Below, piece after piece: positions 55,824 to 62,900 of a DNA stretch of 62,900 nt (position 1 is the first letter of the stretch; each line of letters begins with the position of its first letter). The translations under genes were made by a program, and so were the position numbers. The DNA lies in the IMG/VR virus record IMGVR_UViG_3300031857_000168, positions 1-62,900 of that record; one strand, written 5' to 3'. This DNA is from a virus (lineage: Duplodnaviria > Caudoviricetes). The notes beneath the pieces are model-generated. The model saw only the letters and a program-made list of their open reading frames with translations, had not been told where the DNA came from and made no database searches.

Positions 55824-58148
55824 ATGGACACAAAGCCAAGCGTCTTGCCGGTGAAGCTTGAAAACATACCTGACAGTTTGAAGCAGATGAATTGCTGGGT
55901 GATGTGGGCTTACACCAAGAGACGCAACAAGAATACGGGTGAAGAGAAGTGGGCGAAGGTACCGTACAAGATCGATGGCCAACCGGCGAGTAGCACGAAC
56001 GCTGCGACATGGTGCAGTTACGGTGATGCAGTTGATGCGTTGGTGTTAGGTGATATCGAGTTCGACGGCATCGGTTTCATGCTCGGGCCAGAGGTGCAGG
56101 GGATAGACCTTGATGATTGTTTGAATGAAGACGGGCTATCTGATCTTGCGAAAGAGACGTTGGAGCGGGTGCAGGGATACGCCGAGGTGTCACCGTCCGG
56201 TACCGGGATCAAGATATTCAGTCGCACGAACCTTGACGGCGGGCGTGCGGACAAACAGCAAGGTGTTGAGCTATACCGCGAGGGAAGATATTTCACAGTG
56301 ACCGGCCATCTGATTGGTGAGGATCACAAAGACCTACCTGTTGGCGTGCAGGACATTGATTGGTTAGTGCAGAAGGTATGGGGCGAGAAGATGGCCGGCG
56401 CAGTGCTGACGGCCGACAAAGAAGAGCTGGAGTTAATGCTCTACCGCGCACCACTAGAAGATTGGGACGCCGACAGAATCCGCGACGAGGTCGCACCTTA
56501 CCTTGATCTGGACATGCACTATGAGGATTGGATCAGGGTCGGGCAGGCACTGTACCACCAGTTCGACGGGGAGCTAGAAGGGTTTGAGTTGTGGGACGAG
56601 ATGTTCCAAGACAGCCCGAAATACGGTGGCAGTGATTACGGGTGGGAGCGCTGGCGTTCGTTCAAGTCGCAGCGTGCGTCAGGCAGAGGGCCGGTGACGT
56701 TGGCGTCGGTGCTGAAGATGGTCAAAGGCAAACGTCAGGAGGTCAAGCGCAGCGAGCGCGACAAGCTGATGTCTGAGCTGATGCAGAAGATTGAAGACAC
56801 GACCGACCCCCGGGACTTGCAGGAACAGGTCGCTGCCAAGGTGGCGAACGAGTCTGAGTTGTCAGACGTCGAGCGGGAACAGGTCGCCGGCGCTATCCAA
56901 GCGAGGGGCCGCGCACTGGGCGTGAAGCTTGAGATATCAACCGTCCGTGGCTGGGTCCGTGCTCGCGTCAGGGGTGCCAAAGGTTTCGTGCATCTAAACG
57001 ACGACGGGCATCCGCTGTGCACACTTGAAAACTTCCGGGCCCTAATCGAACGACTGGACTGGATCGTGCGGTACAACGTGATCAAGAAGTCGATCGAGGT
57101 CCTGATCCCGGGTGCCGAGTTCACGCGGGACAACCGAGACAATGCCGCACTGGCGTGCGTCCTGTCTGAATGCGAGAAGGTCCGCATGCCGACCAAGCAC
57201 GTGGCGCAGTACCTGATCAAGGTCGCCGACGAGAACCAATACAACCCGGTCGGGACTTGGATCATGAGTAAACCTTGGGACGGCACGTCAAGGCTGGAGG
57301 AGTTCTTCGACACCGTGCAGTCCCCGTCCCCTCTAAAGAAAAAGCTGATGCGCAAGTGGTTGCTGCAAAGCGTGGCCGCAGCCATGTCGCCGGACGGTAT
57401 CGCCGGGCAAGGGATTCTGGTGTTCGTCGGACCGCAGAATATCGGCAAGACGACATGGTTTCAAAGGCTGGCACCGACGGACCTTGACGTGATCATGACC
57501 GGACACACGCTCGACTTGAAGAGCAAGGACTCGACCTTCATCGCGTTGACCTACTGGATCGTGGAGTTGGGGGAACTGGACGCGACATTCAAGAAGTCCG
57601 AAGTGTCAGCCATGAAGGCGTTCGTCACGCAGCCCGTGGACAAGCTAAGACGCCCATATGCGGCCGTCGAGTCGTCCTTCGGCCGGCGGACCGTGTTCGG
57701 CGGTTCGGTCAATGAGGAACAGTTCCTGAACGACTCGACCGGGAACCGGCGCTATTTCACGATCCCCGTCGTCGGGTTCTCTTTCAATCACGGGATCGAC
57801 ATGCAGCAGCTGTGGGCCGAGGCGATGTACCTGTGGCAAGGCGGGGAGGTGTTCTATCTGAACATGGACGAGGTCGCCGAGCTGAACGCCCATAACGAGT
57901 CGTTCCTGACCGTAGACCCGATCGAAGAACGGGTGGCGGCAGGTTACGGGTGGGGTGATCACGTCACGATGTGGGATTGGATAACGGCCTCTGAAGCCCT
58001 GATTCGGGTGGGCGTGAGAGAACCTACTAAGACGCAAACCATAACGGCGTCGGCGGCCCTGAGACGTTTGAACGGGGATCAGCGCCGCCGTGCTAACGGT
58101 AAGACGCTGTTTGCGGTGCCTTCTGGTACGAATGAGTTCTTAGAATGA
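55824..58148 (+). CDS. Primase-polymerase (AEP, NrS-1-like) + PriCT-2 + VapE helicase
   Basis: GIDLDDC, EVSPSGTG, ELY..GRYFTVTG; YEDWIRVGQAL; GPQNIGKT. Confidence 0.9.
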   Translation: MDTKPSVLPVKLENIPDSLKQMNCWVMWAYTKRRNKNTGEEKWAKVPYKIDGQPASSTNAATWCSYGDAVDALVLGDIEFDGIGFMLGPEVQGIDLDDCLNEDGLSDLAKETLERVQGYAEVSPSGTGIKIFSRTNLDGGRADKQQGVELYREGRYFTVTGHLIGEDHKDLPVGVQDIDWLVQKVWGEKMAGAVLTADKEELELMLYRAPLEDWDADRIRDEVAPYLDLDMHYEDWIRVGQALYHQFDGELEGFELWDEMFQDSPKYGGSDYGWERWRSFKSQRASGRGPVTLASVLKMVKGKRQEVKRSERDKLMSELMQKIEDTTDPRDLQEQVAAKVANESELSDVEREQVAGAIQARGRALGVKLEISTVRGWVRARVRGAKGFVHLNDDGHPLCTLENFRALIERLDWIVRYNVIKKSIEVLIPGAEFTRDNRDNAALACVLSECEKVRMPTKHVAQYLIKVADENQYNPVGTWIMSKPWDGTSRLEEFFDTVQSPSPLKKKLMRKWLLQSVAAAMSPDGIAGQGILVFVGPQNIGKTTWFQRLAPTDLDVIMTGHTLDLKSKDSTFIALTYWIVELGELDATFKKSEVSAMKAFVTQPVDKLRRPYAAVESSFGRRTVFGGSVNEEQFLNDSTGNRRYFTIPVVGFSFNHGIDMQQLWAEAMYLWQGGEVFYLNMDEVAELNAHNESFLTVDPIEERVAAGYGWGDHVTMWDWITASEALIRVGVREPTKTQTITASAALRRLNGDQRRRANGKTLFAVPSGTNEFLE

Positions 58149-58159
58149 GTGCATTAGAG

Positions 58160-58387
58160 GGGGTAATGCACTGGGTAATGCACGGGGGTAATGCACTGGT
58201 CAAAAGCCGCATGAATACTAGCTTTTTCTTAGTTATAGTGTATTAGTGTAATACTTACTAATACAACTGTAGTAAAGGTATATAAATAAAAAAAGGGGTT
58301 TTACCTAGTAAAGGTATAGGAATTCATATGCACTGCACTGCACTAATGCACTGTACTGCCCTAATGCACTGGCCAAATGCACTGGAA
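58160..58387. repeat. Second copy of putative origin iterons
   Basis: TAATGCACTG repeats and AT core retained. Confidence 0.65.
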
Positions 58388-58392
58388 GGGCT

Positions 58393-58659
58393 ATGCGGGA
58401 AATAAGGGTCGAAGACCGGCTGAGGCAAAGAACTGAAGCGGCCGGCGGGATGTGTATTAAGCTTGTCATATTGGCTACAGCGGGGCTCCCCGACCGACTG
58501 GTGCTTTTACCGGGAGAGAAGTTGATGTTTGTAGAAACAAAAGCCCCGAAGAGGGGGCCGACTGCTTTGCAGGAATACATGCATCGCAAAATCAGGGCGT
58601 TGGGATTTAAGGTCCACGTCATCAATACCTTGGAGGGGGTCGATGCACTTTTCACCTGA
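58393..58659 (+). CDS. VRR-NUC nuclease (copy 2)
   Basis: One amino acid difference from copy 1. Confidence 0.85.
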   Translation: MREIRVEDRLRQRTEAAGGMCIKLVILATAGLPDRLVLLPGEKLMFVETKAPKRGPTALQEYMHRKIRALGFKVHVINTLEGVDALFT

Positions 58660-59974
58660 ACCTTTTCAGCAGGCGGCGATCGACCGCATGTTGGGTATGG
58701 ACTACCAGTTGCTGGCCTTGCGGATGGGTGGCGGCAAGACCGCGATCACGTTGACCGTGATCAATGAGTTGATGTTCAACCGGTTTGAGATCAGCAAGGT
58801 CTTGGTGGTCTGCCCGAAACGAGTAGCGGAGTTGGTCTGGCATACAGAGGCGGCGAAGTGGGACCACACGAAGCACCTGCGGGTGATCCGGGTTTTGGGT
58901 AGCCAGTATGAACGGATCAAGGCCCTTGCATTGGCTGGCGAGGTCTATGTGATCAACCGGGAGAATTTTGTTTGGTTGGTCAACCTGTACAAGAACTCGA
59001 AAGCGCCTTGGCCATTTGATTGTGTAGTGATTGACGAGAACCGAGGTTTCAAAGACAGGACCAGCGAGAGCTGGAAGCACGTCAATAAAGTCAGGCCGAT
59101 GGTTAGCCGCATGTATCTACTGACCGGCACCCCAGCGCCGAATACGTTGCTTGAGTTGTGGCCGCAAGTCAGCATGTTGGACCGAGGGCAGCGGTTGGGC
59201 AAGACGTTGGGCGGGTATCGAGAGAAGTATTTTTTACCGGATAAACGAAACGGGAATGTGATCTACACGTGGCGCCTGCGGCAAGGTGCGGACAAGTTGA
59301 TTTACAAACAGGTTGCTGACGTGATGTTTCACGTCGAGAGCGAACACGAATTACCAGAGCGGACTGACAATGTAATCAGAGTTAGTTTCGATATGAAACG
59401 GTACAACGAAATCGAAGCGACGTACATCACGGGTTCGGTGGTTGCGGTGAATGCGGCCGTGCTGGCTGGCAAGCTGGCGCAGATGGCCAACGGTGCGGTT
59501 TACGATGATCAAGAAAACGTCGTGCCAATACATGACGCGAAGTTGGATGCATTGGGTGAAGTATTGGATCAGGGCGAGCCTGTGCTTTGCTTTACGACGT
59601 ACGTGCATGACCAGCAGAGAATCATGAAACGGTTCCCTGAAGCGGTGAAGTTCGACGGCGAAAGAAGCATGAAGCTTTGGGCGCAAGGGAAGATCAAGCT
59701 TTTGCTGATGCACCCTGATTCAGGTGGGCATGGTGTGGATGGTTTGCAGGAGCACGGTAATGTGATCGTGTGGTTTGGTTTGCCGTTTAGTCTGGACAAG
59801 TATGAGCAGGCCAGTGCAAGATTGCACCGCAAGGGACAAAAGAAGCCTGTCACAGTGCATCACATAGTGGCCGTCAATACAATCGACGAGCGGATTATGC
59901 AGGTGCTTGCGACCAAAGGCGACATGCAACAAGCTTTGCTTGATGCAGTAAAACATTTACGGGAGAAGGCATGA
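58643..59974 (+). CDS. SNF2 helicase (copy 2)
   Basis: Allele of 1426-2757. Confidence 0.9.
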   Translation: MHFSPEPFQQAAIDRMLGMDYQLLALRMGGGKTAITLTVINELMFNRFEISKVLVVCPKRVAELVWHTEAAKWDHTKHLRVIRVLGSQYERIKALALAGEVYVINRENFVWLVNLYKNSKAPWPFDCVVIDENRGFKDRTSESWKHVNKVRPMVSRMYLLTGTPAPNTLLELWPQVSMLDRGQRLGKTLGGYREKYFLPDKRNGNVIYTWRLRQGADKLIYKQVADVMFHVESEHELPERTDNVIRVSFDMKRYNEIEATYITGSVVAVNAAVLAGKLAQMANGAVYDDQENVVPIHDAKLDALGEVLDQGEPVLCFTTYVHDQQRIMKRFPEAVKFDGERSMKLWAQGKIKLLLMHPDSGGHGVDGLQEHGNVIVWFGLPFSLDKYEQASARLHRKGQKKPVTVHHIVAVNTIDERIMQVLATKGDMQQALLDAVKHLREKA

Positions 59975-60459
59975 GTTTGAATGAAAAGATATCGTCGGCA
60001 CAGACGTCAGACAATCTTAGGGAAGTGCCTGCGGAGGACATCGGGGACGTTGACATCATAAGGGCCTGCGGAATGGTAGGCGTGCAGATGCCATTGGGAT
60101 TGGCGCTTTGGCGTTTGAAGTACAGCGCAGCACACAGAGAGTTTCCTACAGTCGTTGACGGCCTGTTGACGATGGTGCTGTCAAGGTTTCATGCGGTGGA
60201 TGGTTTGAAGACTACACACAAGGTGATCAGGCATTGGTTGGATGATGTGTGCAAGCATTGCAATGGGAGGGGCTACGAAGTGATACCCGGCACGCCTGTA
60301 TTGGATCAAAAGCATTGCCAGCCATGTAGTGGACAGGGACGCGTCAAGCTGCCGGAGCCGGATGCCGCGTCCCTTTGGTTGATGGAAGAGATTGCAAGGA
60401 TGGAGCGAGAGGTCGCTGCCGCGATATCGCGAAAGCTTAATTCTCGACTTGATCTTTGA
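59971..60459 (+). CDS. Q-like zinc-finger regulator (copy 2)
   Basis: Allele of 2754-3242. Confidence 0.55.
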   Translation: MSLNEKISSAQTSDNLREVPAEDIGDVDIIRACGMVGVQMPLGLALWRLKYSAAHREFPTVVDGLLTMVLSRFHAVDGLKTTHKVIRHWLDDVCKHCNGRGYEVIPGTPVLDQKHCQPCSGQGRVKLPEPDAASLWLMEEIARMEREVAAAISRKLNSRLDL

Positions 60460-60871
60460 GTGCTTCCCGGTTGATGTAAAAGCCTTCTTGAACGACTTGA
60501 TTGCAGCACGGACAGATTAGTCGTTCTTCACGTCTTTTCAGTGCACGGTGTACCGCTGACGCGTTGATACCTACTTCCTTTGCAGCAGCATAGGCGGTAT
60601 ACCCGTCTTTCAAAACGAGGTCTACCGCTTGCATGGTTTTAGACTTTGTCTCTGCAAAAGGATCGTCACCGTCTCTTGACCATACGACGACGATGTCATC
60701 CGGCCAATCGATCGGCCGCCCGGTGTAAGCAGCCGCCGATAGTTTGCCGGCGTTGTTCCACGCCACTAAGTATTTCAAGTCTTGATTTGTAGACATGGTT
60801 CTTAGCTTATGCCGGACAGACTCCGACCACGCGAAGTCGTCAATAAAACGATCAAGGTCGACGAGCGTCAT
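60437..60871 (-). CDS. HTH protein (copy 2, divergent N-terminus)
   Basis: Allele of 3220-3654. Confidence 0.7.
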   Translation of the reverse strand: MTLVDLDRFIDDFAWSESVRHKLRTMSTNQDLKYLVAWNNAGKLSAAAYTGRPIDWPDDIVVVWSRDGDDPFAETKSKTMQAVDLVLKDGYTAYAAAKEVGINASAVHRALKRREERLICPCCNQVVQEGFYINREALKDQVEN

Positions 60872-61104
60872 GTCTGCAACTCCTCTAAACCCAGCGGCCT
60901 TAGACTCACAGCGTTTTGAATTACAAACGCAAGCTGTGATAGTTCTTGACGGGTCAACGTCAAGTCAAGCTTTCGCTGCAAGCCGTTGCGGTCCCGTGCG
61001 CCCCACCACTGGGATTCGATAAGCAGGTTGTAGTGGCCGCCGGGTATTGGCTTGGCGGTGAAATGCAGCAGGTAGTCTGCTGCCGGTTGAATTGTGATTG
61101 TCAT
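60868..61104 (-). CDS. Hypothetical protein (copy 2)
   Basis: Allele of 3651-3887. Confidence 0.7.
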   Translation of the reverse strand: MTITIQPAADYLLHFTAKPIPGGHYNLLIESQWWGARDRNGLQRKLDLTLTRQELSQLAFVIQNAVSLRPLGLEELQT

Positions 61105-61424
61105 ACTTCCTCCATTTCAAAATTGCGTTTTTCTTCATCAGTCATTCGTTCATAACATAAGCCCCACAGGTCACCATCTTGATGTAGGTAATACACGCTG
61201 CCATCCTTGTCAGTGTATTTTGCATTGTTAAGTATCCATTCCCAGTCTTCCCAATAGTTTTCTGATTCAGGGTTCGCGGCATCAATCCAAAAGCTTTTGT
61301 TTTCTTCTGTGAGCCCCCATGCATTGCAATGGTCCCAAGCTATTTCGTTTTGGGCGTCTGTTAAAAAATCCCGAGGGATATAAATCCCACGGGCGTCAGA
61401 AAGAATTAACACTACAGCGTCCAT
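61101..61424 (-). CDS. Hypothetical protein unique to copy 2
   Basis: DARGIYIPRDF..YWEDWEWIL..LHQDGDLW; AT-richer; absent from copy 1. Confidence 0.75.
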   Translation of the reverse strand: MDAVVLILSDARGIYIPRDFLTDAQNEIAWDHCNAWGLTEENKSFWIDAANPESENYWEDWEWILNNAKYTDKDGSVYYLHQDGDLWGLCYERMTDEEKRNFEMEEV

Positions 61425-61510
61425 CACGGCCTCCATAAAAACAAATCAAGGGCGCCCACAATCAGGGCGGCTATGTATACAACGGTGAACACAAGGGTTT
61501 CTAGTTTCAT
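61424..61510 (-). CDS. 28-aa membrane peptide (copy 2)
   Basis: Allele of 3887-3973. Confidence 0.65.
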   Translation of the reverse strand: MKLETLVFTVVYIAALIVGALDLFLWRP

Positions 61511-61788
61511 GTGATGTCTTCCAATGCGATTGTGGGAAACACTAAATCCAACACGACGTCTGGGTCGTAGTAGCTCCACATGTTTTTATCTGAGGACCCT
61601 TTCCAATCCCATATAGCGCACTTGTGGCCATTGATTTTGAAAGCCCAGCTGTGTGTTACTTTGTCCGGGTCATCTTTTACATTAGGTTCAAAGCCTAGTC
61701 TTTCTACTATGTCCTTGTAGCTTGCCTTCAACACGCCTTGCTTGTATGAAGGTACGTAATCAATGCGTTCAATTTTTATGGCTACCAT
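61507..61788 (-). CDS. Hypothetical protein (copy 2)
   Basis: Allele of 3970-4251. Confidence 0.75.
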   Translation of the reverse strand: MVAIKIERIDYVPSYKQGVLKASYKDIVERLGFEPNVKDDPDKVTHSWAFKINGHKCAIWDWKGSSDKNMWSYYDPDVVLDLVFPTIALEDIT

Positions 61789-61936
61789 AAAGCCTCCCCA
61801 TGAGTTTCAGTTGTTGGCGCCTGTTTACGTTTTACAGGCACAGGTCTTGTGACAAACGGCCTGCCTGCAGCAGGCGGGTAGTCCCGCCAACAGCAGACAA
61901 GGCCGTCGTCGTCTAACCAACCGTATTGCAGGCGGG

Positions 61937-62242
61937 TCATGTTGCGGCCATGTCATTGGCCCATTCAATACCATTGCGTTCAGCAACGTATTCGAGACTG
62001 CCTGCAGCACCGGGCCGCACGTCGTCTCTGCTTGGTATCGTGGTGCCCCAATAATCGACAGCACGTTCTTTACCGAGCAGGCAGTAGCCGTTCTTTATGG
62101 CGGCCATCATTTCGCGGCCGTAGCTGCCCTGCAGTTTCCACGCAACGCCGTTGTTGATGGCGGCCTGCACTACGTTGTAGTAGCTGAACTTGTCCAGTTC
62201 TACGTCGCCTTCCAAGGCGTCAATCAAGTCAAGGTCAATCAT
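61937..62242 (-). CDS. Hypothetical protein (copy 2)
   Basis: Allele of 4400-4705. Confidence 0.75.
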   Translation of the reverse strand: MIDLDLIDALEGDVELDKFSYYNVVQAAINNGVAWKLQGSYGREMMAAIKNGYCLLGKERAVDYWGTTIPSRDDVRPGAAGSLEYVAERNGIEWANDMAAT

Positions 62243-62448
62243 GGTGTTCTCCTAATTTGAAAAACATTTGAACCGCAAGTGATAACAATCTCACCAATCT
62301 CTAACATCCATTGGAATTGTTCTTTCACCCATTCGTTTTTAATCTCATCGATGGTTGAATACTCAACTACCGAACCGTCAGTGCGAGTTGCAGCAGACCA
62401 ATCATTGCTGCGAACCCATTCGCCAGTGTTGTGGTGTACAAACTTCAT
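62239..62448 (-). CDS. Hypothetical protein unique to copy 2
   Basis: AGGAGG SD; absent from copy 1. Confidence 0.7.
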   Translation of the reverse strand: MKFVHHNTGEWVRSNDWSAATRTDGSVVEYSTIDEIKNEWVKEQFQWMLEIGEIVITCGSNVFQIRRTP

Positions 62449-62457
62449 GAGCGCCTC

Positions 62458-62673
62458 CTAATAAACAAGTGGCTGGCCGGTGTCTTCGATGTACTGCAGC
62501 CAGCGAAACACGTCAGCTACAGCAATCCAATCACCGCGAGACCCGTCCGATTGAACGGGCGCAAATTTAGGTGAGAGCAGATGTTCGCGGAACTCTTGGA
62601 TGCGTTCGGCGCGAGTGATGATCGCGTCCGTCAGTTCTGCCTTATCAACTTCAAGTTGTTTGATGTAGTTCAT
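62458..62673 (-). CDS. Hypothetical protein (copy 2)
   Basis: Allele of 4715-4930. Confidence 0.65.
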   Translation of the reverse strand: MNYIKQLEVDKAELTDAIITRAERIQEFREHLLSPKFAPVQSDGSRGDWIAVADVFRWLQYIEDTGQPLVY

Positions 62674-62900
62674 GATGTCTTCCTTGAAGTCACGCGAACG
62701 GTGTAGTAAGGATCGCCGACCGAGGTATTGGCCGTGATCAGTTGACGTGATGGACTGAACTTCATTGCGATCTTTTTCCAGTCGATGAAAGTCTTGCCGC
62801 TGCATTCGCTGACGCTGGCTCTGTGCAACAGGCCATCAACCGAAGCCAGACCGCTGTCGATCAGCAGGCCCTTGAGTTCAGTTTCTTCTTTTTGCAAGTC
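62670..62900 (-). CDS. Hypothetical protein (copy 2, truncated by window end)
   Basis: Allele of 4927-5226. Confidence 0.65.
   Translation of the reverse strand, partial: DLQKEETELKGLLIDSGLASVDGLLHRASVSECSGKTFIDWKKIAMKFSPSRQLITANTSVGDPYYTVRVTSRKTS

Larger units (their letters stand above)
57218..62900. repeat. Right copy of imperfect terminal repeat with two extra genes
   Basis: Collinear with 1-5157 but 526 nt longer. Confidence 0.97.

Noticed and set aside
1-62900. Alternative genetic code or stop-codon recoding
   Set aside because: Core genes are full length in the standard code and use all three stop codons

Overview
An essentially complete ~57.2 kb tailed-phage genome (podovirus-type) of a Gram-negative host. 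It has a P22-like terminase and portal, an N4-gp56-like capsid, LamG tail fibres, a GH19 lysin with an embedded spanin pair, family A DNA polymerase, DUF2815/DUF2800, a prim-pol/VapE primase and an SNF2 helicase. Bases 1-5157 recur at 57218-62900 as a diverged copy carrying many SNPs and two extra genes. The most unusual region is the ejection/'polyvalent' protein locus (37.7-47.5 kb). Two giant proteins there have only one Cys each by manual scan, at the facing C- and N-termini, and a ferritin-like gene sits exactly between them. They carry peptidase-, ART-, glycosylase- and zeta-kinase-like modules separated by a repeated F-x-[RK]-R linker, and three SD-preceded small ORFs are nested in the +1 frame next to the enzymatic modules. 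Non-coding signals include a canonical type I hammerhead ribozyme upstream of DUF932, three late promoters sharing a GGGMCCTTGCGCCC box followed by a terminator (Q-like antitermination), an iteron-like origin and several candidate structured RNAs. All family assignments come from manual motif recognition; no searches were run.
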